From Patescibacteria group bacterium (lineage in GTDB: Bacteria > Patescibacteriota > Patescibacteriia > 2-01-FULL-39-33), in NCBI GenBank assembly GCA_041662745.1, contig JBAZRV010000004.1, forward strand, positions 6,315-70,314: a stretch of 64,000 nucleotides of DNA, in the 5' to 3' direction. Below the pieces are notes generated by a model. That model saw nothing but the letters and a program-made list of their open reading frames with translations. It was not told the DNA's origin and did not search any database. The position numbers and the translations under genes are program-made. This document shows positions 29,319 through 39,766 of the stretch, piece by piece. Every line of letters begins with the position of its first letter. Position 1 is the first letter of the stretch.

Positions 29319-30119
29319 TTATTTGATTGCTTCCGCCAATTCAAGCCAGTCATCAACGCTTAAATCTTGGGCGCGGATTTTCTCATCCAATCCCAGTCCG
29401 ATCAAAATTGAACGCACCTGCTTTTCCGGCAAAGGCAATCCCCCGGCTAAGTTATTCTTCATTTGTTTTCTTTTGGCGGCGAAACCGATGCGCGCCAAAC
29501 GAAAAACCTGTTTAGCTTGAGCCGGCGTTTGTCGCTTTAATTTTATCCGGACCACCGCCGAATCCACTGCCGGCACGGGCCAGAAACATCCGCGGCCGAC
29601 TTCAAACAATATTTGCGGTTCGCCAAAAAGCTGAGCCGATAAACTTAATAAAGACATTTCTCCCGGCTTGGCTATCAGCCTTTTCGCCACTTCTTTCTGC
29701 AACATCAGGATCATTTCCGTCGGCTTTGGCCCGGTTTCCAAAAATAACCTCAAAAATGCCGCCGTAATGGAGTATGGCAAATTGGCAACGATACGATAAG
29801 AAAAATCCGTAAATCCTTCAGCCGCCAAATTGACCCGCAGGATATCGCCGGCAATCAAATCAACTTGAGGAAAATTAGTTTTTATATAAGAAATAATCTT
29901 CTGATCTAACTCTACTGCGACCAGGTTGTCAGTGGCTTTGGCCAACTCTTCGGTCAGAACGCCCAAGCCCGGCCCAACCTCTAAAATTCTTTCTTTCGGC
30001 TTAATGGCGGCGGCGGCGATGATTTTTTTAACAATATTGGCATCAATTAAAAAATTCTGCCCCTTGGATTTGGACGGCTTGATATCATACTGCCGGCACA
30101 AAGATTTAACATCAATCAT
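29319..30119 (-). CDS. rsmA: 16S rRNA (adenine1518/1519-N6)-dimethyltransferase
   Basis: KGQNFLIDANIVKKI...ILEVGPGLGVLTEEL is a KsgA signature. The start is chosen at the internal Met abutting the MFS stop. Confidence 0.8.
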   Translation of the reverse strand: MIDVKSLCRQYDIKPSKSKGQNFLIDANIVKKIIAAAAIKPKERILEVGPGLGVLTEELAKATDNLVAVELDQKIISYIKTNFPQVDLIAGDILRVNLAAEGFTDFSYRIVANLPYSITAAFLRLFLETGPKPTEMILMLQKEVAKRLIAKPGEMSLLSLSAQLFGEPQILFEVGRGCFWPVPAVDSAVVRIKLKRQTPAQAKQVFRLARIGFAAKRKQMKNNLAGGLPLPEKQVRSILIGLGLDEKIRAQDLSVDDWLELAEAIK

Positions 30120-31303
30120 AAACGATAAAACAAATAGAATAAAGTAAACATCGCGCCGACAATAAACATCGTATTCCAGCCCGGCGCCACCAATTGCAGG
30201 GCCAGGAAACAAATAATCATGGCCGCTATCTTGCCTAAAACCAAAGTCATCTCAAAAAACACAATGGAGTTCATCACCGAACCGTCCCTGGCATCCTTAT
30301 AAACAAAAGCGGTAATCGGCACGGCCAAAGAATCCTTGGAGATGCGGGAAAAAACATCCAAAAGCAACACTCCCCAGGGCAAGCGCGTTACTAACTTAAG
30401 CAACCAGCTAAAAAAATAAAAGACGATGCCGTAGCCTAAAATTTGCTGGCGAGGACTTTTGTCCGTCCAACGGCCGATAAACAATAAAACAACCAAAGAA
30501 ATCAAAGTTGAAATCGCTGAGAAAATGCCAAGATTAAGATAGGTGCCGACTACCAAAAAAACAAAAATCGGCCAAATCGTCAAAATTATCCATTCCTCGC
30601 CAAAACCCAAATTAGCCCAAAGCCTAAGCCGGTTTTCTTTGGCAAAAATACGCTTAAAAGCTTCGCGATAGCTGAACGGCTTAGGATCAAACTTCTCCTT
30701 GGTAATCAGCATGGGGACATTAGAAACCAGGATGAGTATGGCGGTAACTACAAACAACACTTTAAAACCATAAAATTGCACGATCAAACCGCCAACTAAA
30801 GGAGAGATAACATAAACAATATTCAAAATAACGTACAAATTGCTGATTGCCCTGCCCTGTTCGCCGTCGGAAGAGAATTTGGCAAAATTGGAATGGTAAG
30901 ACGGCCAATAAAGCGCTTTAAAAATAATATAGGGTATGGTCGCCAGCCAAACCGCCGGCGCAAAACGATTGGCGGAAAACAACAAAAAATACATTAACAC
31001 GATGAAGGGCGTAGACAAAGCAATGGAATTTTCATAGCCGAAACGACGGGCAAATTTGGCGCCGAAAGGCACCAGGAAAAAGTACGGGATATAAACCAAG
31101 AGATAAAAAAAGATAATTAACTCTAATGTCTTCTGCAAGTTATGGGTCTGTGAGAAAAAAATATACAAAAATACCGGTTCAAAAATACTGACCATGCAAG
31201 CGGCGAAATCCAAAATAATGGAAGAAGCGTAAAGTTCCTTCACCTGGCGGGTCAACCGATGGGCAAAAAATGATGACAGGACGTTGAGCGGATTACGGCT
31301 CAT
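30116..31303 (-). CDS. MFS-type transporter
   Basis: About 12 predicted TM helices across 395 aa. Confidence 0.5.
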   Translation of the reverse strand: MSRNPLNVLSSFFAHRLTRQVKELYASSIILDFAACMVSIFEPVFLYIFFSQTHNLQKTLELIIFFYLLVYIPYFFLVPFGAKFARRFGYENSIALSTPFIVLMYFLLFSANRFAPAVWLATIPYIIFKALYWPSYHSNFAKFSSDGEQGRAISNLYVILNIVYVISPLVGGLIVQFYGFKVLFVVTAILILVSNVPMLITKEKFDPKPFSYREAFKRIFAKENRLRLWANLGFGEEWIILTIWPIFVFLVVGTYLNLGIFSAISTLISLVVLLFIGRWTDKSPRQQILGYGIVFYFFSWLLKLVTRLPWGVLLLDVFSRISKDSLAVPITAFVYKDARDGSVMNSIVFFEMTLVLGKIAAMIICFLALQLVAPGWNTMFIVGAMFTLFYLFYRL

Positions 31304-32307
31304 GATCTTCTGATTAGTTTATAAAAAAAATATAATAACGGATTGACAATCAAGTCATAAGCTCCGACATATTGAGTTAAAGGACGCTGAGGGGCGAAGC
31401 CGACTTTGAATCTGGTTACGCCGGGCCAACGGTCGGGATCGGCGCCGAAAAAATCATAATATTTGCAACCGCGATTCTGCGCTTCTTTGATCATTTCCCA
31501 TTGCAACAAATACGGCGCCATTTTTTCTCGGGCCTCATAAGCTGAAGCGCCGTGCAAGTAATAGCACCAATCGCCATAAAACGCCATAATGGCGGCGGCC
31601 ACGGCTTGGCCTTCGGCTCGAGCAAAAACTAATGTTATTTCCGGCCGTTCCAGCATTCTGCGATAATAATTTTCCGAGTGCGCGGCAATATTATCGCGTT
31701 TGGCCGTTTGTTTCATTAAGGCCATAAACTCGCCTAAGTCTTCCTGCGGTTTGGCGCCGGTTGCTATTTTTATGCCATGCTTCTGCGCCACTTTTATATT
31801 GTAACGCGTCTTGGGCTTCATGGCCTTAAGCAAATTCTCTGCGGCTTCGGTTAAATCCAAAACCAAAGTGCTGCGCGGCTGGACTTGTCCGCCAAACCTT
31901 AATTTATTAGCCGCCAAGACATCCGCCTCTTCCCAGGCCGGGTCCATTCTGATAAAAATCGCTTTTTCCGTTTCGGCTAATTCTTTCAAGCCCGATAAAA
32001 CATTGGCAAAAATTTGCGGCTTAAGGCCGGTCGTCTGTCCGACTGCTAAGCAAGCTTTAGCTTCTATTATCGGCCCCCGAGGCAGATAAAAATAATTAAA
32101 ACCGCCGGGCAATGGCTGGCGGACAACCAAAGCCACGGCCCTGATTTCAGTCCCGTCCATCCAGGCCAAACGCCAAATTTTTCGGCCGTAAGATTGTTGG
32201 AATTCTCCCCAACCCCAGGATTGCAATAAACCGCCGTCACCGGCGTTGGCTGAGACGAATTTTTCCCAAGAATTACGATTGAGATTGAAATTTTTTTCTA
32301 ATTTCAT
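31300..32307 (-). CDS. FemAB-family peptidoglycan interpeptide-bridge aminoacyltransferase
   Basis: The pattern resembles the FemAB family (WGWGEF...YFYLPRGP). Confidence 0.5.
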   Translation of the reverse strand: MKLEKNFNLNRNSWEKFVSANAGDGGLLQSWGWGEFQQSYGRKIWRLAWMDGTEIRAVALVVRQPLPGGFNYFYLPRGPIIEAKACLAVGQTTGLKPQIFANVLSGLKELAETEKAIFIRMDPAWEEADVLAANKLRFGGQVQPRSTLVLDLTEAAENLLKAMKPKTRYNIKVAQKHGIKIATGAKPQEDLGEFMALMKQTAKRDNIAAHSENYYRRMLERPEITLVFARAEGQAVAAAIMAFYGDWCYYLHGASAYEAREKMAPYLLQWEMIKEAQNRGCKYYDFFGADPDRWPGVTRFKVGFAPQRPLTQYVGAYDLIVNPLLYFFYKLIRRS

Positions 32308-32438
32308 TACTTATATAATAACATAAAAATTAAAAAGCTGCGAAACGCAGCCGAATATAAAATCATTTTGTCTTGACAAAGCGACTAAAAATGTTATATG
32401 ATGTTGTTTTGTCCCTAAATAACTGCTACCATATTAAT

Positions 32439-33803
32439 ATGTCTGATAAATTACCGCGAGTAGCGATCGTTGGACGGGCCAACGTCGGCAAATCAACTTT
32501 ATTTAATCGCCTGATTGAACAGAATAAGGCGTTAGTTTCTTCTATTGCCGGCACCACGCGCGACCGCAACATTGGCGTAGCCGAGTGGCGCGGTATCAAA
32601 TTCACCCTGGTTGACACCGGCGGCTTGGATGTGGATTTGATTGAGGGGGCGCCGGAAGAAATCGCGCTCGGTATCATTAAGCAGGCCCGACAAGCCATCA
32701 AAACCGCCAAGGTAATCGTCTTTGTCGTTGACTTAAAAACCGGCATCCTAACCTCGGACAGGGAATTAGCCAAAGCCCTGCTTCAACAGGGTCTGCGCTC
32801 AAAAATCCTGGTGGTCGGCAATAAGGCGGAAACAGCCCGCTACGAGAAACATTCAGCGGGTGTGGAAAAATTAGGCCTGGGCGAGCCATTATTTGTTTCT
32901 GCCGCTTCCGGTTCCGGCACCGGCGACCTGTTGGATGAAATTGTTAAAAAACTTCCGCCGCAAAAAATCGCCAAGCCGGATGAACGAAAACCGATCCGCG
33001 TCGCTTTATTGGGCAAACCCAATGTCGGCAAATCTTCTTTGCTCAATTCCATTTTGGGCGAAGAAAGAGTCATTGTCAGTCCTCTGCCCCACACTACCCG
33101 CGAAGCGCACGATACTGAATTTGAATACCATGATCACAAATTCGTCATCATTGACACTGCCGGATTGCGAAAAAAGGCCAGGGTAGAAGGCGGACTGGAA
33201 AGAAAATCGGTTGATAAATCGCTTAAAGCGCTGGCCGAATGCGATGTGGCCGTCCTGGTTACCGAAGCGGACAAAAAAATAGACGTGCAGGATAAAAAAA
33301 TAACCCAGGCCATCTTAGAGTCCGGCAAATCGGTGATTATCGTAGCCAATAAATGGGATCTGATCGGCGACAAGGACACGGCGACAATTGATAAATTCGT
33401 GGATTACTATCATTTGTCTTTTCCTTACCTGTGGTGGGCGCCCTTGATTTTCGTTTCCGCCAAAGAACACCTGCGCAGCAAAAAAATCTTGGATGTCATC
33501 CTGGAAATAATCGCCTCGCGCTCCGTGGAGATTTCCGATTCGCGCCTGGATAAATTTTTAAAATCCAAAATCAAACAACATCGGCCGAGCCGCGGCAAAG
33601 GATTGAAAAACCCCTACATCTACAGCATTCGCCAAAGCGGAGTCAACCCGCCGCGCTTTATTATCAATGTCAACGACCCGGCAACTCTGCACTTCTCTTA
33701 TTTGCGCTTCCTGCAAAATAACTTGCGCGACACCTTCAAAATCATCGGCACGCCGATTCAAATTGAAATGAGAAAGTGGCAGGGCGGCAAAATTAAAAGT
33801 TAA
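32439..33803 (+). CDS. der: GTPase Der (EngA) with two GTP-binding domains and a KH-like domain
   Basis: Two G1 motifs: GRANVGKST and GKPNVGKSS. Confidence 0.85.
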   Translation: MSDKLPRVAIVGRANVGKSTLFNRLIEQNKALVSSIAGTTRDRNIGVAEWRGIKFTLVDTGGLDVDLIEGAPEEIALGIIKQARQAIKTAKVIVFVVDLKTGILTSDRELAKALLQQGLRSKILVVGNKAETARYEKHSAGVEKLGLGEPLFVSAASGSGTGDLLDEIVKKLPPQKIAKPDERKPIRVALLGKPNVGKSSLLNSILGEERVIVSPLPHTTREAHDTEFEYHDHKFVIIDTAGLRKKARVEGGLERKSVDKSLKALAECDVAVLVTEADKKIDVQDKKITQAILESGKSVIIVANKWDLIGDKDTATIDKFVDYYHLSFPYLWWAPLIFVSAKEHLRSKKILDVILEIIASRSVEISDSRLDKFLKSKIKQHRPSRGKGLKNPYIYSIRQSGVNPPRFIINVNDPATLHFSYLRFLQNNLRDTFKIIGTPIQIEMRKWQGGKIKS

Positions 33804-33832
33804 TTGATGCTATCGCCTCTTACCAATTATTT

Positions 33833-34399
33833 ATGAAACTAATAGTCGGCCTGGGCAATCCCGGCAAAAAATACGAGTCTACCTGGCATAATCTGGGCTG
33901 GTTGGCTGTTGAAAATTTTCGACAGTTAACGGATCTGCCGAAACTGAAAAAATCAACCAAATTCCAAGCGGAAATCAGCGCCGGTGAGATCAATGGCGAA
34001 AAGGCCGTCTTGGCCCGGCCGCTGACCTACATGAATAATTCCGGAATCAGCGTGAGCGCTCTGGCCAAATTCTATAAAATAAAAATTGAAGACATTATCG
34101 TTATCCACGATGATAAAGACTTAGCTTTGGGCCGGTTGCGCTTATCGCAAGACTCTTCAGCCGGAGGCCATAACGGCGTCAAATCAATCATTGAACGCTT
34201 AGGCGGCCAGAAATTCTTGCGCGTCCGCTTAGGCGTCAAAACGCCGCTTCTGGACCGAGTTTCCACCGCCGATTATGTCTTGATGAAATGGGCTAAAGAT
34301 GAAAAAACGGCGGTTAAAGAACAAACAAAAAAAGCCGCGACTGCGACTCTAAGCATTCTTACCGACGGCTTAACCAAAGCGATGAATCAATATAATTAA
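33833..34399 (+). CDS. pth: Peptidyl-tRNA hydrolase
   Basis: MKLIVGLGNPGKKYESTWHNLGW. Confidence 0.85.
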   Translation: MKLIVGLGNPGKKYESTWHNLGWLAVENFRQLTDLPKLKKSTKFQAEISAGEINGEKAVLARPLTYMNNSGISVSALAKFYKIKIEDIIVIHDDKDLALGRLRLSQDSSAGGHNGVKSIIERLGGQKFLRVRLGVKTPLLDRVSTADYVLMKWAKDEKTAVKEQTKKAATATLSILTDGLTKAMNQYN

Positions 34400-34622
34400 A
34401 TGACGGCCATGATACTGTCTGCCAATAAGCGAGAATTATCAGGAGGGGGACAATAATCGCTAGTTAACAGACAGGATTATAACCGTCATTCGCTGTTTTG
34501 GGCCCAAATAACGGCCAACTGTTTTACGACCCCATCTTAACAAATAACTCCGAACCCGTCAAGGCTTTGGGGTAAAAATTAATAAGCCGTTATTTTTTTA
34601 ATTTTAACTTTCTTTATCAGCC

Positions 34623-35711
34623 ATGATTAACGCGCCCTATTTAATAGCTCTGTCACAAATAAGCTTCTTAGGCCCCTCGCGCCTAAAACGGCTGATTGAA
34701 TTCTTCCCCGATCTTAAGGACGCCTGGATCGCCAAATTCCCTGAACTTTTAGCCGCGGGATTTAACGAAAAGGAAGCGACGGATATAATTTTAAAACGCC
34801 AAGAAATAAATCCGGAACAGGAGCTAAAACAATTAGAACGGGCCGGCATTAAATTCATAACCTCTGCTGAGGCCAATTACCCAAGGCTTCTGAAGGAAAT
34901 TTATAATGCTCCGCCGCTGCTATACTATCGCGGTAATATTGAGTGCCTTGGCGCCTCTTGCTTGGGCGTGGTCGGCGCCAGAAAACATACGGCCTATGGC
35001 CAGCAAGCGACAGAAAAAATAGTCGCCGGCATTGCTCAGGCCGGAATCACGGTGATCTCCGGCTTAGCCTTGGGAATTGACGCTTTGGCGCATAAAATAA
35101 CTTTAGATCAAGGAGGACTGACAGCGGCCGTATTGGGATCGGATTTAAGCTGGGATAATATCGGACCTAAAGCCAACTTTCATTTAGCTGAAAAAATCTT
35201 GGCCTCCGCCGGCTGTTTGGTTTCGGAGTTTCCTTTGGGCGTCAGCGCCAACCGCACAACCTTTCCTCAACGCAACCGCCTGATTTCCGGCTTGTCTTCC
35301 GGCGTATTGGTTATTGAAGCGGGCGAAAGTTCCGGCTCGCTGATTACCGCCAATTACGCCTTGGAACAAAACCGCGACGTTTTTGCCGTGCCCGGAAGCA
35401 TCTTCAGTCCCTGTTCCGCGGGCACCAACAATCTAATCAAAAAGGGAGCCAAATCAATAACTGAACCCGCTGAAATAATTGAGGAGTACGGCTGGCAAAA
35501 ATTGCCTAAAATAACAGTAATCGCCCCGGAAAACAAACCGACTGAAGCGGAAAAAGAAATCCTGGAATACCTCTCGGCTGAACCGCTCCACCTTGACAAA
35601 ATCGTCCAAGTGTGTAATATTAGGGTTAATACTCTCTCATCCTTGCTTATGATAATGTCAATAAAAGGACTAGTGAAAGACCTTGGCGGGGGTAATTATA
35701 TCAGGATATAG
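34623..35711 (+). CDS. dprA: DNA processing protein DprA (Smf)
   Basis: Rossmann-like core GVVGARKHTAYG...GLALGIDALAHK. Confidence 0.8.
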   Translation: MINAPYLIALSQISFLGPSRLKRLIEFFPDLKDAWIAKFPELLAAGFNEKEATDIILKRQEINPEQELKQLERAGIKFITSAEANYPRLLKEIYNAPPLLYYRGNIECLGASCLGVVGARKHTAYGQQATEKIVAGIAQAGITVISGLALGIDALAHKITLDQGGLTAAVLGSDLSWDNIGPKANFHLAEKILASAGCLVSEFPLGVSANRTTFPQRNRLISGLSSGVLVIEAGESSGSLITANYALEQNRDVFAVPGSIFSPCSAGTNNLIKKGAKSITEPAEIIEEYGWQKLPKITVIAPENKPTEAEKEILEYLSAEPLHLDKIVQVCNIRVNTLSSLLMIMSIKGLVKDLGGGNYIRI

Positions 35712-35836
35712 GTTATGAATTCCGTAAAGCCGAAAATTAAAAAATTATTTTTAATGACTCCGGGCCTTAATGACTTTCTAAACTTATAATTTTTATCTTT
35801 TAACTTAATCAATCCGCGCCACCATTAATTTCTCTT

Positions 35837-38023
35837 ATGCCTCATAAACTTCTCATCGTTGAGTCCCCGGCCAAAGCCAAAACCATTGCCAAGTATCTGA
35901 ATAACGAATACACGGTCAAGGCCTCGGTCGGACACATTCGCGATCTGCCGAAATCAAATAAAAACGCCATTGATATCAAGGGCGGATTCGTGCCGCATTA
36001 CGAGGTTGTTCCCGGCAAAGAAAAAATTGTCAGCGAATTGAAAAGCTTGGCGCATAAAGCCGACGAAGTGGTATTGGCTACCGATCCGGACCGCGAAGGA
36101 GAAGCGATCGCCTGGCATATCAAGGAGGCTATCGGCTTAAAGCACCCCAAAAGAATCGTCTTTCATGAGATTACCAAAGAAGCCGTACAGGAAGCCATCA
36201 AGCACCCGCGCGAGATTGACGAGAACCTAAAAGAGGCGCAAGAGGCGCGCCGCGTCCTTGATCGCTTGTTCGGTTACGATCTCAGCGCCCTAATCTGGCA
36301 AAAAGTCCGCTACGGCTTATCCGCCGGCCGCGTGCAATCCCCGGCTCTGCGTATCCTAACGGAAAAAGAAAAAGAAATCCGCGCTTTCGTGCCGGAAACC
36401 TATTTTGTTTTGGAAGCTGATTTTGAAACGCCGCAAAATGACAAGCTAAAATTCAAATGCAGCGAACAGCCCAAAACAGCCGAGGACTCGGAAGACATCC
36501 TGGCTAAAGCCAAAAAAGCGGATTGGCAAGTCAAAGCCGTGGAAGAAAACGAGGCCACCCGCCGCGCCAAAGCGCCGTTTACCACCTCAACATTGCAACA
36601 ATCATCCTCTTCGCGCCTGGGCTATTCGCCCAGCCAGACCATGCGTTTGGCGCAGAAACTCTACGAAGCCGGCCATATTACTTACATGCGTACCGATTCC
36701 ACCACTTTGAGCGGCCAGGCCATGAAAGAAATCAATAGTTTTATTATAGAAAAATTCGGCAAGGAATACGCTAAACCGCAAAAATTCTTAGCTAAAAGCA
36801 AAAACGCGCAAGAAGCGCACGAGGCTGTCCGTCCGACGCATTTTTCGGTCACCGAAGCCGGACATACGCCGCAAGAGAAGCGACTCTATCAATTGATTTG
36901 GCAAAGGACTGTCGCCTGCCAAATGGCCGACGCCAAAACCCTGAAAACCAAAGCTATTGCCAGCGCTAAAAACGAAACGGAAATGCCGGAATTTGTCGCC
37001 GAAGGCAGCCGTATTACTTTTGCCGGCTGGCTGAAGGCCGATCCCAAGGCCCGAGGCGAAGAAGTGGAATTGCCCAAAATGACCGCCGGCGAAAAATTAA
37101 AGCTGTTGGATATCCTGGCCGAAGAAAAGCAAACCGAACCGCCGCATCGCTACACCGAGGCCGGCTTAGTCAAGGAATTGGAAAAACGCGGCATCGGCCG
37201 TCCTTCCACCTATGCCTCCATTATTGACACCGTTATCAAGCGCGGTTACGTCACCAAAGAGCAAAAATCGCTCAAGGTAACCGAGATCGGCGAACTGGTT
37301 GATGATTTTCTGGAAAAATATTTCGGCGATTATATCTCCGACACTTTTACCGCGGAAATGGAAAATCAACTGGATGAAATCGCCCGAGGCCAGGACACTT
37401 ACATCAAAACCTTGAAAGATTTTTACGGCCCCTTTACTGAAGCGGTCAAGAGCAAAAAGTCCATTCCCAAGATTACCGACTTAGGCGATGCGCCGGCCGA
37501 TATCAAATGCCCGGAATGCGGAGCAAAAATGAAAATCAAACTGGGACGCGGCGGCAAATTCTATTCCTGCGAACGGTTCCCCGATTGCCAGGGCGCCTTG
37601 ACTATGGAGGGAAAAGTATTGGAACCGCCCAAAGATACGGGTGAAATCTGCCCCAAATGCGGCAAAGGCAAACTGATTGAACGCGAAGGCAAATACGGCA
37701 AATTCATCGCTTGCTCCAATTATCCCAAATGCAAATTCATCAAAAAAGACGAGGCAGCCGAAGCGGAACGAATGAAGGCCGCCGATACCGGCGTGCAATG
37801 CCCGGAATGCAAAAAAGGCACGATGATAGAAAAACGCGGACGCTACGGAGTTTTCTACGGTTGCAGCAATTATCCCGACTGCAAAAACATCGTCAAAGCC
37901 AAGCCCACGGGCGAACTCTGCCCGCAATGCGGTAAACTGATGATGGCGGGAACCAAAACGATCCCCGAAAGGTGCTCGGACAAGAACTGCCCCAACCATA
38001 ATCCGCAAAAACTCAAAAAATAA
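35837..38023 (+). CDS. topA: DNA topoisomerase I with a C-terminal tandem Zn-ribbon
   Basis: A TOPRIM N-terminus (LLIVESPAKAKTI) and at least four C4 zinc ribbons at the C-terminus. Confidence 0.9.
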   Translation: MPHKLLIVESPAKAKTIAKYLNNEYTVKASVGHIRDLPKSNKNAIDIKGGFVPHYEVVPGKEKIVSELKSLAHKADEVVLATDPDREGEAIAWHIKEAIGLKHPKRIVFHEITKEAVQEAIKHPREIDENLKEAQEARRVLDRLFGYDLSALIWQKVRYGLSAGRVQSPALRILTEKEKEIRAFVPETYFVLEADFETPQNDKLKFKCSEQPKTAEDSEDILAKAKKADWQVKAVEENEATRRAKAPFTTSTLQQSSSSRLGYSPSQTMRLAQKLYEAGHITYMRTDSTTLSGQAMKEINSFIIEKFGKEYAKPQKFLAKSKNAQEAHEAVRPTHFSVTEAGHTPQEKRLYQLIWQRTVACQMADAKTLKTKAIASAKNETEMPEFVAEGSRITFAGWLKADPKARGEEVELPKMTAGEKLKLLDILAEEKQTEPPHRYTEAGLVKELEKRGIGRPSTYASIIDTVIKRGYVTKEQKSLKVTEIGELVDDFLEKYFGDYISDTFTAEMENQLDEIARGQDTYIKTLKDFYGPFTEAVKSKKSIPKITDLGDAPADIKCPECGAKMKIKLGRGGKFYSCERFPDCQGALTMEGKVLEPPKDTGEICPKCGKGKLIEREGKYGKFIACSNYPKCKFIKKDEAAEAERMKAADTGVQCPECKKGTMIEKRGRYGVFYGCSNYPDCKNIVKAKPTGELCPQCGKLMMAGTKTIPERCSDKNCPNHNPQKLKK

Positions 38024-38057
38024 TATTTGTTACGTAGCCTGCTACGTAGCAAGCAGA

Positions 38058-38083
38058 ATCCCGCCGGACGGCGGGATTTTTTA
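38058..38083 (+). terminator. Rho-independent terminator after topA
   Basis: ATCCCGCCGGACGGCGGGAT followed by TTTTTT. Confidence 0.7.
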
Positions 38084-38250
38084 AAAAAGACGCGCCAAAA
38101 TTTAAGGCGACTTTACCTAATTTATGGAATACGTACTATCATCACCTTGGGGATGACGATGAATAAAAGCTCATTTTAGGTGATTATTTACAATCGCCAA
38201 TACCCGTTAGACAGCCGACTATTTATTGTTTATAATAAGTCTACACCAAT

Positions 38251-39714
38251 ATGGCCATTCTTAATCCGCAAAAAGAGTTTGATAAACTGCTAAAAACCGT
38301 TCAAGAAAAACAAATCGGCGGGGATTTGGATATGTTAAAGCTGGCTTATGATTTCGCCTTTGAGGCCCATAAAGGACAAGTGCGCGCCTCCGGCAATCCT
38401 TACATTATCCATCCGCTGGCAACCGCCCAAAAATTAGCGGAGATGAATTTTGATTTGACGACGATTATTGCCGGCCTGCTTCATGACGTTCCCGAAGATA
38501 CCGAGGTGACGCTTTCAGAAATAGAAAAAAATTTCGGCCCGGAAGTCTCCCGATTGGTTGAGGGCATCACCAAATTGGGCAAACTCAAATACCGCGGCAT
38601 GGAACGCTACGCCGAGAATCTGCGCAAGATGTTCGTAGCCATGTCTGACGACATCAGGGTCATCCTGATCAAATTCGCCGATCGGTTGCATAACCTGAAG
38701 ACCTTGGACGCTCTGCCGCCGGACAAACGCTTCCGCATCGCCAAAGAAACCCTGGAAATTTACGCGCCGATTGCCGATCGCCTGGCGATCGGACAAATCA
38801 AAGGCGAATTGGAGGATCTGTCTTTCCCTTATGTTTATCCTGAAGACTACAAATGGATTACTGCGATCATTCCGCGCGAATACAAAATCAAAGAAAAATA
38901 CTTGCAAGAGGTCAAAGACAAGGTTAGGAAAAAATTAGCGGAAGAGGGCATCACGATTGATGAGATTTCCATTCAGGGCCGTACCAAGCATCTTTACTCG
39001 CTGTACAAGAAACTTTTACGGCCGCATATTAATCGCGACCTGTCCAAAATCTACGATCTGATCGCTTTGCGTTTGATTGTGCCGACAGTTACCGATTGTT
39101 ACAGCGCTTTGGGAGTCCTGCACAGCATTTACCGACCCATGCCCGGACGCATCAAGGATTACATCGCCAATCCCAAACCCAACGGCTACCAATCATTGCA
39201 CACCACCGTCTTCACTGATGACGGAGAAATCGTAGAATTCCAAATCCGCACCAGAAAAATGCACGAGCAGGCTGAATACGGAATCGCCGCTCACTGGAGT
39301 TACAAAGAAAGCGGGGGCAAAACCGCGAACACTAATTTAAAATGGCTGAACGAACTGGTGGAGTGGCAAAAAAAGGTCAAAGATAACGATCAATTCCTGC
39401 AAACCGTCAAACTGGATGTCTTTCAAAACCGCATTTTCGTTTTCACGCCTCACGGCGATGTCATTGATTTGCCGGAAGGCGCTACGCCGGTTGATTTTGC
39501 TTATCACGTCCACAGCTCCCTGGGCGACAAATGCGTCGGCGCCAGGGTCAATGACCAATTGGTCAGCTTGGGGCATCAGCTCAAATCCGGCGATATCGTA
39601 GAAATCATTACCGACAAAAACCGCAAAACCCCCAACGCCGACTGGATGGAAACAGTCAAGACCTCCATGGCCAAAGGCAAAATCAGGGCGGCCATCAATA
39701 AGCTAAAAAAATAA
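38251..39714 (+). CDS. rel: Bifunctional (p)ppGpp synthetase/hydrolase (HD + RelA/SpoT + TGS domains), short form
   Basis: An HD motif (HDVPED), synthetase domain and TGS domain are present. At 487 aa there is no room for the usual C-terminal regulatory domains (ACT/RRM). Confidence 0.8.
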   Translation: MAILNPQKEFDKLLKTVQEKQIGGDLDMLKLAYDFAFEAHKGQVRASGNPYIIHPLATAQKLAEMNFDLTTIIAGLLHDVPEDTEVTLSEIEKNFGPEVSRLVEGITKLGKLKYRGMERYAENLRKMFVAMSDDIRVILIKFADRLHNLKTLDALPPDKRFRIAKETLEIYAPIADRLAIGQIKGELEDLSFPYVYPEDYKWITAIIPREYKIKEKYLQEVKDKVRKKLAEEGITIDEISIQGRTKHLYSLYKKLLRPHINRDLSKIYDLIALRLIVPTVTDCYSALGVLHSIYRPMPGRIKDYIANPKPNGYQSLHTTVFTDDGEIVEFQIRTRKMHEQAEYGIAAHWSYKESGGKTANTNLKWLNELVEWQKKVKDNDQFLQTVKLDVFQNRIFVFTPHGDVIDLPEGATPVDFAYHVHSSLGDKCVGARVNDQLVSLGHQLKSGDIVEIITDKNRKTPNADWMETVKTSMAKGKIRAAINKLKK

Positions 39715-39766
39715 AAGACCGCGGAAGCGGCCTTTTATGATATTGAAATCTTTTATGCCATTAAAA

